From NCBI GenBank assembly GCA_964016885.1, contig OZ024743.1, positions 34,286,001 to 34,350,000 on the forward strand: a stretch of 64,000 bases of DNA, in the 5' to 3' direction. Below the pieces are notes generated by a model. The model was not told the origin of the DNA and searched no databases. It saw nothing but the letters and a program-made list of their open reading frames with translations. Of the stretch, positions 1-14,703 are shown in pieces (position 1 is the stretch's first letter; every line of letters begins with the position of its first letter). The position numbers and the translations under genes were made by a program. The DNA comes from Eledone cirrhosa. Taxonomy: Eukaryota.

Positions 1-9
1 GGAGCACTG

Positions 10-132
10 ACTCACTTTCTAATCTGGATCTGATATCATAGTTCAATTGTCTGCTGTCTGTAACAGTGTTTCTGGTTTATTATCAGCAGCTACCAACTTG
101 AGGTCATCAATATACAAAAGATAGTTGAATGT
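10..132 (-). pseudogene. Decayed non-LTR RT fragment (R4/Dong-like)
   Basis: Minus strand translates to FNYLLYIDDLKLVAADNKPETLLQTADN*, resembling the NHLLYMDDLKL RT motif; in-frame stop follows. Confidence 0.6.
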
Positions 133-345
133 CCCAATCTGGTTTGTTTGTAACTGGTGATGTCGAGATTTGCTTGCACCAATCTTTGTACATTTTATGC
201 CTCAGTTTCAAATTATGTGTTTCACTAAGTAAACTTAGGCTGGATGCAGGGCCGGACATTCATCTGTGGAGGCCCTAAGCTTTATGCAATTTGAGGCCCT
301 TCGCTAAAGAAAATATAATTATTACTTTTTATATTAATGTTTAAC

Positions 346-1192
346 GTAAATAAACCTTGGGTGCTTCGAAAATTATCGAGACGAAGTACGAATATATTTG
401 AAATTTACAGAAAAGGTTGAAAACTCGAACGTGAGAAACAGCTGTGAAAACAGCCGAATACCGTCAATAATAACAGCATGGAATTCGAGTGAAATTCCTC
501 TAAGGACAGAAAAACAGTAGCAGTGATCGCTATAGAGGTACCGAAAGTTGTGAGTTGGGTGAAATTTATAGATGGTGTGTTGGCACAAAGGAGTGATAAG
601 TAAGGAAGAAAAGGAAAACGTGGCGACTAAGGTTACAATAAGAGTGGAGATTAAAGTTACAAATCTTACCAGACGATACAAAATCACAAATGTACCTAAA
701 ACCTCTTCCGCTCTCACCTGGTTTGTAGTTTCACAAAAGCATGAGAGGACTATAATTTTTCATGTCAGCTCGTGCAGCAGAAACAAAATTAACCTTTCTG
801 TTGGTATGTGATGACAATAAAACAAAACAGAATAGACGGACAGACAGGCAGACGAACCAGGGAGCGAGAGAAAATACTCCTGGTCAGTATTGCGTCGCTA
901 GCTAAAAGAAAAGGCAGAATCCTAGGGTGGGAGTGGAAGCAAGTGGAAGCCACAGTAGGAACAGCTAGCGTGAGAAAGGACAAGTGAATAATGGGGGAGA
1001 GAGAAGACGACAAGAGACAGAAGAAACAACGAAAGGAAAGTGGTCGGCCCCTGGTCAAGATTTTTGTCCATATTGGAAAGCAATAAAATCATAGCTTATG
1101 ATAAATGTAAATAAACAATGAGTGCTTCGAAAATTATCGAGACGAAGTGCGAGTATATTTGAAATTTATAGAAAAATTTGAAAAATTGAACG
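346..1192. repeat. ~86 bp diverged direct repeat (346-431 and 1107-1192) bracketing an unclassified repeat remnant
   Basis: GTAAATAAAC...GTGCTTCGAAAATTATCGAGACGAAGT(A/G)CGA(A/G)TATATTTGAAATTTA(C/T)AGAAAA occurs twice, 761 bp apart. Confidence 0.7.
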
Positions 1193-1423
1193 CGTTAATG
1201 TTTATGATAAAGAATAAAAAGTATATATAATATATATAATTTTTGATGATTTAGTTTTAAAGAATAAAAACTAATGATAAAAGAAAAATATATTAAATAT
1301 AAAAACAACTGAGTTGAATGATGTTGTTTGTATTGCTTGGTATTTTTGTGTGGTGGTATAACGGAGTTGGCTTGTATTGATATAAGACGTATTCCGATGA
1401 TTACTTTACACTATTATTATTTG

Positions 1424-1760
1424 GGATTGGCAGTATCGGTAGAGGGCCGGACACTATGCTTTGCAGCATAGAGTTACGGCCCTTTACGTTCCGAGTTCAA
1501 ATCCCGCCGAGGTTAACTTTGCCTTTCATCCTTACGAGGTCGATAAAATAAAGTACCAGTAATGCACTGGGATAATTGCTGGCCTTGTGCCAAAAAGTAG
1601 AAAATTATTATTTTATTACAAATATCAAATCCCGCCGAGATTAACTTTGTCTTTCATCGTTACGGGGTCGATAAATAAAGCACCAGTAATGCACTGGCGT
1701 CGATTTAATCGATTTCTCCCCTCAAATTGCTGGCCTTGTGCCTAAAGTAGACACAATTGT
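1424..1760 (+). mobile_element. tRNA-derived SINE (Meta-domain-like core) plus a tandem 3' partial copy
   Basis: A-box-like TGGCAGTATCGG, B box GAGTTCAAATC, core GCCTTTCATCCTTACGAGGTCGATAAAATAAAGTACCAG, tail GGCCTTGTGCC; partial copy from about 1626. Confidence 0.85.
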
Positions 1761-2170
1761 TTCATTACATATATTTATGTTATGTTTTCATCATTTAGTT
1801 TCATTTGGTTCGCTGATTTTAGTATTATCGGATATTTTCCATACTCGTCAATAATTATTCATTTTTATTTATTTATTTATTTATATATTTATTTATTTTC
1901 TTACTCAGTATTTTGTTGTTGGTTGTCCTGTTGTTTATTGATTGATATGTATCCTGCAGCAGCCTTAGGAATTTAAGATAAATCTTATGGTTGTTACTGT
2001 ATCTCCCCCCTAAAAAAAAAATAGTTTTATGTAGAGTCAGGAAATTCACATTTCTAGCCTACATTTTTGGACCAACCATTTAAACTTCTTGTCACTATCC
2101 TTAAAGTTCTCAGTACAATTATGATGATAACAACTTTACGGCAATTTCAAATTCTCTGTATATTTTAGAA

Positions 2171-2470
2171 CAAGCATGGGCAACCCTTTTCGAGAAGCGG
2201 GCCGCATGAGATATGGCTCATCATCAGGCGGGCCACAAGCGCTAATTTACATTCGTGCCCACATTAAAAAAAAGGGTGGTAATTAAGGTTGTTTTGATTT
2301 GTTTCTTCAGAATTCGTACACGTTTTTTTCGTCGATCGTAAAAATGATAGAAAGATAAATTATGACTGAATTGGGGTAAAAATTGGGGTAAAAAAATCAG
2401 AAACATTTCACTTAGGTGACTTAGGCGAGCCATTCAGAAAACTTCGCGGGCCGCAGGTTGCCCATGACTG
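2171..2470. mobile_element. hAT (Charlie-like) MITE
   Basis: TIRs CAAGCATGGGCAACC / GGTTGCCCATGACTG, subterminal GCGGGCC motifs, perfect 8-bp TSD TTTTAGAA (2163-2170, 2471-2478). Confidence 0.88.
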
Positions 2471-2624
2471 TTTTAGAACTTGGTATTTTTTCTATTTTCT
2501 CGCCTTCTTTATCTCCCATTCATACAGGAAGGAGGCGACATCGGTTAACTAATACACTATTTTCTATTTATTGTGTTTTCCTACATCTAGGTTTGAATGT
2601 TTTATTTTCCTATCCGATCGAATC

Positions 2625-3000
2625 TCCAGTCATGCACTGGGGTCGATTTAATCGACTTTCCCCTACCCCAAAATTGCTGGCCTTGTGCCTATATAAGAAA
2701 CCATTATTATTGGTGGATTGACAGTATCGGTAGAGGGTCGGACGCCATGCTTTGACGCATAGAGTTACACGGCCCTTGCCATTCTGAGTTCAAATCCCGC
2801 TGAGGTTAACTTTGCCTTAACTTCATCCTTACAGGGTCGATAAAATAAAGTACCAGTAATGCACTAGGGTGATTGCTGGGCTTGTGCCAAAAGTAGAAAC
2901 AATTATAAAGGCGGTAGATTAGCTGTATCGGTAGAGCGTCTAACAACATGCTTTGCGGCATAGCGTTACGGTTCTTTACGTTATGTATTCAAATCCCGCC
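2625..3000 (+). mobile_element. Head-to-tail SINE cluster (3' fragment, full copy 2712-2905, 5' fragment)
   Basis: Same A/B box, core and tail motifs as the 1424 copy. Confidence 0.8.
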
Positions 3001-3033
3001 AATAGTAGAAATCCTTACTACTACTACTACTAC

Positions 3034-3065
<32 letters not shown>

Positions 3066-3568
3066 AGATTAAATTCCCACAATTCTGCCTCTTCTCTCCT
3101 GTCTGTTTTGCATGCCTCCCTTCCATGGTAGTTAAAATCGGTTAAATAATCACTGCGTGGTTGTAAACAACTTTATTCTACAAAAATATGTTCCAACATG
3201 ACCAAAGTCATGAACACAAACAGGTCGTGCAACATCTACAGCAACAGCAACAACAATAAGAGTAGTTAGCAACAACAGCAATAACCACGATGACTATTGT
3301 GGTAACAGTAGCATTGGGCACTTGCAGAATAACAATGAGTGCAACGTTAAAATGCAGCATTACCAGAATACTTGCAACATAAGAGTGTTTATGCAAATGG
3401 CAATATTTATGTTAGGACATTGCAGTTTAAATCTGGTAAATATATATGTGCAAACGTAAACAATGAGAATGCCATATACATGCAACCTGAGCTCTGTCAA
3501 ATAAGTTGATATATACATACAAAATAAATAAGTATATGCATACAAAAGTCAGTACGCATGTATATATA

Positions 3569-3908
3569 TCATCATCATCATCATCATCATCAGGTTTAGC
3601 GTCCGTGTTCCACGCTTGCATGGGTTTGGACGTGGGGTTTTCCCACTTGAGGCAAGAGTGGTTGTCTTGCTCGCATAGGACTGTCTGGCGGGTTTTCTAC
3701 AGTTGGATGCCCTTCCTAACACCAACCACATTTACAGTGTGGGGCTGGGAGGTTTTTACCGTGTTGCCTACACGGCCACATTACAGCGTGGACTGTCTGG
3801 CGGGTTTTCTACAGCTGGATGCCCTTCCTAACACCAACCACATTTACAGTGTGGGGCTGGGAGGTTTTTACCGTGTTGCCTACACGGCCACATTTACAGC
3901 GTGGACTG
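3569..3908 (-). mobile_element. SINE/LINE 3' end with (GAT)n tail and a ~112 bp internal tandem duplication
   Basis: (CAT)n followed by GGACTGTCTGGCGGGTTTTCTACAG(T/C)TGGATGCCCTTCCTAACACCAACC...CACGGCCACATT present twice. Confidence 0.6.
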
Positions 3909-5414
<1,506 letters not shown>

Positions 5415-5447
5415 ATAAATATATTAGCATACATACATGCATACATA

Positions 5448-6337
5448 CAGTGGCGGACTGGCCAGGCCTCCAGGTTGCCTAATGGCAAGTGGGCCTCAGG
5501 AGGCCCAAGGTAGCATTGCAAGAGGCCACAGTAGCATTGCAGGGCCCACTGTAGTATTTTAGCGGCCAATGCTTTGCTTTCAACAAATACTTGAAATCTA
5601 AGAGAAAGAATAACATTTAAAAAAAGATAAATAAAGTAATTAAGCAAAGTATTTGGTCAACCAATTCCCTATGGAATTAATAGAAACCAAAATATACGAT
5701 AGTGCAAATAGCTGGAGTCAGTGGTTGCACATGCTACTAAATCTAAAGCTTCGTTTATTCATTCATGCATGCAAACATATATATATATAGACACAGACAC
5801 ACAAGCATATATGTGTGTATATATATATATATTTCATGTTTCATGTAAACAAACATTCGTCTCATTCTGACGTCACCAGCCCTGTTTTTCCACATGTGCG
5901 TTTTATTTTCATAATCACGCATGATGTTAAACTAGCCTGCTTTTAAATTCCCTTTATGGCATATTAATCAGTGAGATTTTGGTTATCATGCTGCGCTCTG
6001 CTGACGATCGAATTCCAACCGTGACCATCCCACTGAAAGTTTTCGTTTAATAGTCTTTTCAAGACTATATAGAGCATTTGTAGTTGTTCCAAATTGAAGG
6101 ATGAGTATTTTAAACTTTATTTTATCATGAGTTAAGGCTCTATTGATTTTTCCCTGGATTTCACTAAATTCTGTTGGATAAATCTATTTCCTGATTCTTT
6201 TTGAATTGAGTTTGAATTATTTTTCCCACATCTTACGTCAACTATTTTCCCATTTTGACGCTATAGTCACTTATATATTATATATATATATCATGGAATA
6301 CTGTTGGCTTCTTGCTACAATACTTTCTATACTTTTC

Positions 6338-6403
<66 letters not shown>

Positions 6404-6484
6404 TTACACTCGAACTACTGAAGAAATCATATTTGGTATCAATGGGTTAAAGACATCTGTAAAATCAATTAGTGGTGAAGGTGT

Positions 6485-6530
<46 letters not shown>

Positions 6531-6769
6531 TGAGTGAGTGTGAAAGACCAAAGATCATTATTGAAAGTCTCTGGATTTTGCAAATTACATAATATTTTTT
6601 ATTGGAGAATGTGAAGTATTTTTCTGCAAAAATTTGATTGCACTGTTTTGTTCTCACTTATGTATTTTTGGAAAATGTTATTTATTCATTATAAAAATTA
6701 AACGATAGCATTCTATATGTAGGTGGGCCCCCTTCATCTGGCACCCAATATTTTTAGACCTCCTCCGTC

Positions 6770-6837
<68 letters not shown>

Positions 6838-7695
6838 GCCAATCAGTGTAAGTTTGAATCTTATTGACATGCAAAAACATATATATAGGAATAAGGTAAG
6901 CCCAAATCATAGTAGATTCAAATATCACAGAGAGAAAGAGAGAGGGGGGCAGGAGAAATGAGTTGCAACAGAAATGAAACATGGATTACTCGTTAAAAGA
7001 TAGTCTAGATAGATGTGAAACAAAACGAGGATGTAGTTTATGGAACACCCAAATGATTTAGAAGTCGACCTTAAGTAGCATCAATAACATTAAGAAAGAC
7101 ATGAACGACACCACAGCACTTTGTTTTGAAAATTTTGAAAGTAGGTTTATAAGAATAAATTTTCATAAGATTTTTCGTAGTTGTCTCAGTGGCCTAGTGG
7201 TAGGTACTAGAGATGGTGGAGATCATGGCCTTGGGTTCAATCCTGGTCAAGTTTTTATTTTACAACCAATAGAAAAAAAAATGAAAAGGTTTACTGGGAA
7301 CCCTACTCCCGACCAGGGTCGAACTTCAGACCAGGATCACCACCGTCTATGATTCCTCCAACTAGGCCACAAAGACAGCTACAACAGTATGATGAAAATT
7401 GATAATTATAAACATACTTTCAAAATCAGTTAAAAAGCAGTGGTGTCGTTCATGGATTTCCTAGAGCTATTAGTAATATTTAGGGTCGACTTCGGGTCAT
7501 TATTGAAAGTCTCTAGATTTCGTAAAATACATATCTTTTATTGGAGAAGGTAAGATATTTTGATTGCACTTATGTATTTTTTGAAAATTATTTGAAAAAT
7601 ATTTATTCATTATAAAAATGAAATGATAGCAATCTATATGTAAGTGGGCCCCCTTCATCTCCTAGCAACCAATATTTTTAGACCCAGTCCGCCGC

Positions 7696-7697
<2 letters not shown>
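5448..7697. mobile_element. Non-autonomous hAT-like DNA transposon with nested insertions and a duplicated right end
   Basis: TIR CAGTGGCGGACTGG / CCAGTCCGCCGCTG (13/14), candidate 8-bp TSD CATACATA / CATATATA; ~220 bp right-end segment also present at 6553-6773. Confidence 0.65.
7052..7501. repeat. Imperfect inverted repeat whose arms each carry an inward-facing tRNA-like head
   Basis: GAAGTCGACC...CATGAACGACACCAC...GTGGCCTAGTGG...GGTTCAATCCTGGTC is mirrored by GACCAGGGTCGAAC...AACTAGGCCAC...GTGGTGTCGTTCATG...GGTCGACTTC. Confidence 0.75.
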
Positions 7698-7739
<42 letters not shown>

Positions 7740-9063
7740 GTTAGTCCTTCATCAGTGATCTTCCAACCATCATTGGTATTTCATCGCTTTAAAGACCATA
7801 TACCTCCGGTTGGTGCGAGCAACGGCTAAAAAAAGTCGTTGGGACACGTAAATAAAGGGGACACAAGAGTGTAAACAAACAAAGATGGTGAAGCAACCAA
7901 AAGTGAGGAAGAAAGAGTCAAGTCCCAAATTTCCATGAATATAAGTTCGGTGAAATCGTGAACGAGAGAGAATAAAGACCATCAAACCTGGTTGGAATGT
8001 GAGCAAGGAAGGAATTCCGTACAGGTCTAACGAGAGGAAGAAGGAATCTAGTCTGTGAATTCGGTGAACATAAGTTCTGTGAAATCGTAGACGAGAGAGA
8101 GAAAAAAAGCGAACTGGCCTGACCAAGAGTGCGAAAGAAAAGAATTACGCACTGGTCAAACGGGAAGAAGGAGGAGGAGGAGAGGTAGTAACAGAGAGTG
8201 AGTGAGTGAAGTGTGATGAAGAGGCTAACAGAGAGAGTGACTGTTAGAGAGGGTAAAGATACAGAGAAAGAGGAAGCAGTAAGAACGAAATAGACGGGTC
8301 ACAGCGGGAGAAAAAATATGTGTAAATATGAGAATAAACGTGCTTGTGTGTGTGGTAATAAGACGCGTCTTCCATATGATATATCATGATTGGACTTAGT
8401 GAGGCATCATTTGACAACAGAGCTCAACAAATATTCATACATATTAGGAACCTTTTGGAGCTAGACATGAGTCTAACTACGAAAAGAATAAACGGAAATA
8501 AATTCACAAAAAGTCATCTCATAAAAATTAAAATCTCGATTATCTGAACGAGGTGTTTTTTGTTGTTTCTTCATAGTTTCACAAATGTACAATACTTTTG
8601 TCGAATTTTGAAACCTTTTGGTATATCGGATACTTTAAATATGTTGAAATTATTCCAATAATATATAAAGTGATAGGCTGAGATCAAACTAGTTAACTAG
8701 ATAACAAAAACGTATATTAGGGAATATGCTGGTCTCATTATCATGAGGTTGTAGTTTCGATTACTGGACCGGGAACGGCGTTGTGTTTTTGAACAAAATA
8801 TTTTATTTCGCGTTGTTCCGAATGATATGCGGCAGGTTGTATTTGCAATAAAGGTAATGATTCGGACGGTGGTATTTTGGCTATGATCGGTATGACAATG
8901 ATGATTGTTGTTGTAGTGGGGATTATTATGCTGGTAGTGGTGAAGGGGGTCAGGGTGTTGGTGGTGGTGATCATATTTTGAGGAGTGTGACAATGGGGGT
9001 ACTGTTCATCGTGATTAGACCGATGGGAGTTGATGGTACATAGGGACAGTGGTATTGGTCTAG

Positions 9064-9270
<207 letters not shown>

Positions 9271-9424
9271 GGGCTGTTGAGTAGGTATATATGGTGGTGC
9301 TAGTTCATGAGTGGTGGCCATAATAGTGGAAAATCAGACAGTTATTGATGGTGGAGTTGGTGGAGGTGATTAATGTCCAAATGAGAATTGCTGAAGGTAG
9401 CTAAATAAAGAATCATAACAAATA

Positions 9425-9612
9425 ATTGTTTCTAAATTTGTCACAAGGCCAGCAATTATCCCAGTACATTACTGGTACTTTATTTTATCGACCCCCGTAA
9501 GGATGAAAGGCAAAGTTGACCTTGGTGGGATTTGAACTCAGAATGGAAAGGGCCGTAACTCTATGCTAGAAAGCGTGACGTCCGACCCTCTACCGATACT
9601 GCCAATCCACCA
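9425..9612 (-). mobile_element. tRNA-derived SINE
   Basis: Reverse complement of the family motifs (CTGGTACTTTATTTTATCGACC, GGATGAAAGGC, GATTTGAACTC, CCGATACTGCCAATCC). Confidence 0.85.
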
Positions 9613-9644
9613 CTCTTCGGGACGTAACAAATAATGAACCCCAC

Positions 9645-9935
9645 ACACCACCACTACCACCATCACTACCACCACCACCACCAACACTACCACCACCACC
9701 GCCGCCACCACTACCACCACCGCCACCACTACTACCACCACCACTGCCACCACTACTACCACCCCTACCACCATCACCACCACCAACAACACTACCACCA
9801 CCACCAACAACAACAACACTACCACCACCGCCACCACCACCACCATTACTACCACCATCATCACCTCCACCACCACCACCACCACCACCGGTACCATTAC
9901 TACCACCACCACAACCACTACCACCACCACCACCA
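9645..9935. repeat. (CAC)n-type low-complexity repeat
   Basis: CAC/CAA/TAC runs. Confidence 0.9.
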
Positions 9936-10579
9936 AAAAAGGGATTAAAACAAAGTATAACTAGAACTAAAGTACTGCTAATAATAAATTAAAAGTCTAA
10001 CTAAGACGTATTTGTATAACAAAACGGTATGAAGAGGGGGCAGGACGGTATTAGATGAAGGGCAACGCTGCTGCACATTGCTAAGAATAGTTGGGTGGCT
10101 TGAGTACTTCAAAGGATAAAAATATTAAGAGAGCAACTTGGGTGTTACGTATTCAAAGGAAGAATACAGACAGCGTTCTTGAATTTCACAGAAAAAACAA
10201 ATACACTGAAGTGCATTTCAAAATACGTCTGAGGATGAAACAATGTTGAGAGAGACAGACGGATAGGGTGGAGGTGGCAGAAAGGTAGAGATAGAAGAGT
10301 GGGTAAAAGAGGGAGAGTGTAGGTGAGTGAAGGAGAGAGAGAGAGAGGAAGGGGGAGAGTGTGAGGGAGGGAAAGAGAGAGATCGAAATTGGTAAAATCA
10401 TTAAGCAAACTAACTGTTTTTAATAAGGTGACAAATGACGGTTTCAGCAGACATCCTTTTAGAATGTTTAAATGTCATGGTGAGCGTTGTTGCCTGGACG
10501 GTCAAGGTTGCTGAATAACTATTAAAACTGCCATCTCTGCGATATTGAGAAAGAGAGGAGGTGTGCGAGGGAGAGAAGA

Positions 10580-11072
10580 CAGACAGAGGGTTAGACCGAC
10601 AGACTGACAGAGAGTTAGACCGACAGACTGACAGTTAGAAAGACAGATAGACAGAGAGTTAGACCGACAGACTGACAGTTAGAAAGACAGATAGACAGAG
10701 AGTTAGACCGACAGACTAACAGTTAGAAAGACAGATAGACAGATAGTTAGACCGACAGTTAGAAAGACAGATAGACAGAGAGTTAGACCGACAGACAGAC
10801 AGTTAGAAAGACAGATAGACAGAGAGTTAGACCGACAAACTGATAGTTAGAAAGACAGATAGAGAGAGAGTTAGACCGACAGTTAGAAAGACAGATAGAC
10901 AGAGAGTTAGACCGACAGGCTGACAGTTAGAAAGACAGATAGACAGAGAGTTAGACCGACAAACTGACAGTTAGAAAGACAGATAGACAGAGAGTTAGAC
11001 CGACAAACTGACAGTTAGAAAGACAGATAGACAGAGAGTTAGACCGACAGGCTGACAGTTAGAAAGACAGAC
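10580..11072. repeat. ~44-bp GACA/GATA-rich minisatellite (about 11 units)
   Basis: Unit GAGTTAGACCGACAGACTGACAGTTAGAAAGACAGATAGACAGA, with 36-bp deletion variants. Confidence 0.9.
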
Positions 11073-11299
11073 TAATTTCTGTTTATTTGCCACTAAGGCA
11101 CAAAAGAAAGGGACATGTACATGGGGGGGGGGGGAGTTTACATGAAAACCGAGTAAGAATAATGTAATAAGTAAAATTTTAACAAGAAGGTCCTCAATAG
11201 GGAGGGATCGTTTTGGGGTCACACACACCCCCGAAAAAAAATGTGCGACCCTTCTCCATGGGAGCACAAAGAGAGGGTGCTCCCTTCTTCCTTTTCCAC

Positions 11300-14200
11300 C
11301 TACAGGCTGAGGTAGAGAGAAGGCCCATTCACACGGGCCATTCTCGCAACTGTCACCCACCTTTCATAAAACTGGCTGGAGTGGAGCACCTCTCTCTCCA
11401 TCCTGATCCTTCTTCCGAAATGGTATCGGAAGAAAAGGACCAGTTGTTGGCCGGAGAGAAAGGTGTCCGACCTCAGCCCTTTCAGACGCGTCCACCATAT
11501 AACCTCTTTTACCATGGCTATTACACAGAGGAAGACCGCCTCTTCTTCATTTTTGAAGGGAGGAGGCGGCTTGATCGTTACAATGGACTCGGTGGTCAAC
11601 CTAATTGGTCCCACCCGTGACAGCAGTTGTTCGACATAGCCCCACAGATCGGCAACGCCCGGGCATTGCACCAATGCGTGCGCAACGGTTTCCTCGTCGC
11701 GCACGCATCTGGGACAGATCTTTTTCGAGGGATCCCTACCCGGGCGCCCTTGTCTGTAGAGCTTATCCCGAACAGGCAGAGCCCCTCGGTAGCACTGCCA
11801 GGCCAAGGACTTCTGGAAGTTGTCCATAGGTCCCGGGCCGAAAGTCCTACCGAATAGACTGGCCAGTTCGTCCTCCTCCGTGCCTAGGGTTTCTCCGAGG
11901 GCGTCGTCGCACCAGCTAACCACCAGCCCTCTATATAATGACGAGGTGGAGTCTCCATCGATAGCCGGGTCCGCCTGCCAGAGAGCGGTGAGCGCCTGGG
12001 CACACTCGGTGTGCCAGTCGCCCAGTTTTCTCGGTCTTTGCTTCACCCAGGACTGCAGCTCGGTGAGCGAGACGAGCCTCGGGAAGGCTCGCCTCACAAA
12101 CGGGGCCCACACCTGTTGACCGGTGAGGAATACCTGGAGGTGCCTTAGCCTCAATGCGTGTTTACGCATTTTTAGCCACGGCATCCCCAGCCCTCCTTTA
12201 AAAGGGTGTTGACAGCAGATGGAACTCCTCACCAGAAGAGACCTCTTCTTCCAAAGGAAATAAAAGAGTGCGCGCTTCATTTTGGCAAGGATCTCACTCG
12301 GGCAAGGACGACAGTCAAGCGGTAATAGATGACGGACGCTATGTAAGCGTTCGCCACCTCCGCCCGACCTTTCAGGGATAGTTTGCACTCGGCCCACTTC
12401 TGGGTCAGTGCAAACACCCTATTCGTCACCTCACCCCAGTTTTTCTCCACCTGGAGGTCCGGACGGAGCCAGACCCCAAGCAACTTCACCTGGCCCTCCG
12501 TCCACCGTCCGACGATACCGTCGCACGACATCCCTTTTCCCCTCCACTCGCCGAGTTGCAAAGCGACTGACTTGTCCCGGTTCAGCTTAGCCCCTGTCAA
12601 CCTTTCGTACTCCTCCAGTAAGGTGCCGATTGCCTCGATTTCCGCGGTGGTCGACACCATAACTGTTACGTCATCGGCGTAGGACGACACCGCTTTGCGC
12701 AATCACGGTTCAAAAGGGATGCCCTGCAACAACTCCAACTTCCGCAGTAGTGGCTTGAGAGCCAATACATACAGAAGGGAGGAGAGAGGGCACCCCTGTC
12801 GGATGGACCGGGTGATTTCGAACGGCTCCGAGAGGTAGCCGTTCACCTTGACTCTAGAGCAGATGCGGCTGCTGTGCATGGCAGTGATCCAGCCCTTGAA
12901 AACGGGTCCGAACCAAGCCGCCGCTAGCGCCGCATCTAGGTAACCATGGGCCACCCTATCGAACGCTTTAGACTGATCTAAATTTATCAGGGCCCCACCA
13001 AAGCCGGGTTCGTTCCCAACCCTCTCTATGATGTATCGCATGAGGTGGAGGTTGTCGTGGATGGACCTGGACGGGATAGCGCATGTCTGCGCATCTCCCA
13101 CCAGGCCCCCCACGACAAGCGCCAACCTCTTCGCTAACACCTTGGCCAAAATCTTTAACTCTGCATTTAGCAGAGTTATGGGCCTAAAATTACTAATGTC
13201 ATCCCCCTTGTTCTCGTCCTTCCTCACTAGCGAGACTACGCCCTTGGTCACAGAACAGGGAATTCTCCCGTTCTGTTGCCAGTTGCAGTAGACCGCCTCG
13301 AGGAGATCGGGGAACAAGTCTGGCATATTAATATATAGTTCGTAGGGCAGACCATCGAGCCCTGGAGATTTGCGTTTGCCGCATAGGCTCAGCACGTCCC
13401 CTATTTCAGCAGCTGAGATCGGCCGGTCGCAGGACCTCTCCTCCTTGTCCGAAAGACGCGGCAGGCCGTCGAGGTATGGACCGAAATCCACATCTCCAAC
13501 CGGCCCCCGCCCCTTCCGAACAATCGGGCAAAGTGCCTTTGAAAGGCCTCGCACATTTACTTAGGTTCAAGGATCACCCGTCCATCCTGGTCTCGCAAAG
13601 ACCGGATAGTGGATTTAATGCCACTTTTCGCTTCTGTCACGCGGGCCCAGCTAACAGCTTTGGTCCCCTCGTTTCCCAGAGCACGTATTTTGCTTCGGAC
13701 AACTCGGCCTTCGTGTTTCGCGTCGAAGAACTGGTTCAAGGCCGTTCTCGACGCTTGCACTCTGGCCACGTTGCCGCTTCTCATTGCCTCTTCAACATTA
13801 ACTACCAACTCCCTTTCCTTCCTATTTCTATCTGAAGCTAACTCCTTACTAACTCCTATTGAAACTACTCTAATCTCTCTATTTAGAGAGCCCCACCACC
13901 TGCTGTTGACGATGGCCCCCGTCATCCGCTCCTTAACTAAGGTTCTAATCCGGTCACTGTAAGCTCTACTTGCCGGTAAGGACAAGTTGAGCTTCCAGTA
14001 ACCGGGTCCCTGCCTATGCGTTCTATCAAGGTGGACTACGCAGGTCACTAACTTGTGGTCTGAATAGCCCACCATGAGCATTTGTGGACAACTTAAAAAG
14101 TCCCTATCCTTAATTCTAACTAAGAACCTATCTAGGTACGATCTAGATTGACCACTGTTATTTGACCAAGTCCAGGTTGGCACAGTCGGAAAATCTAGTC

Positions 14201-14703
14201 GGTATCTATCGGCCAGGTCAAATTGGCCGATTAACCCCTTAAGGCTGTTACACCCCCCTCTATCGGGACATGCCCCTACATAGTCCCAACGTGCATCTAG
14301 GATACCATTCCAGTCCACCACTAAAAGCAAGGAGCGGGACGTCCCTAGAAAAGTCTCCAAAAGGGGCGTATACGGCGACAAGCCTAAAAGCTTCGCCTTC
14401 ACCATTGCCAAGGTCCAGAACCACGAGTCGACCCTCCGGGTCCAAGTGTACCATCTGTGTAGCGAGACCCAGATGTTTTTGCAGCAGAACGACAACCCCA
14501 CCCCCATCTCCGGGCTGACAGAGATATGCGTGCATCTCAAAGTCATCAAAGGTGGGGGCTAGCTGTCGCACGCTGCTGATCCGGGCCTCGCAAATAACCA
14601 TCACATTTATACATTGTGACCTGAGGTCATTTAGAAGTTTAGCTTGCTTCCAAGGTGAGCCCAGGCCACGCGCATTTAGACAACCTACTCTTAACACAGC
14701 CAT
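11300..14703 (-). pseudogene. Tx1 ORF2 (APE endonuclease, reverse transcriptase, C-terminal zinc finger), disrupted
   Basis: GCLNARGL, AVYAP, DWN, SYLDR, SDH (EN); PGLDGLP, RPITLLN, KAFDRV, RQGCPLS, YADD (RT); CPRC...HALVQC. Frameshifts near 14360, 13555 and 12290, stop at 12703. Confidence 0.93.

Noticed and set aside
247-300. CAGGGCCGG hAT-like terminus
   Set aside because: No matching opposite TIR or TSD was found.
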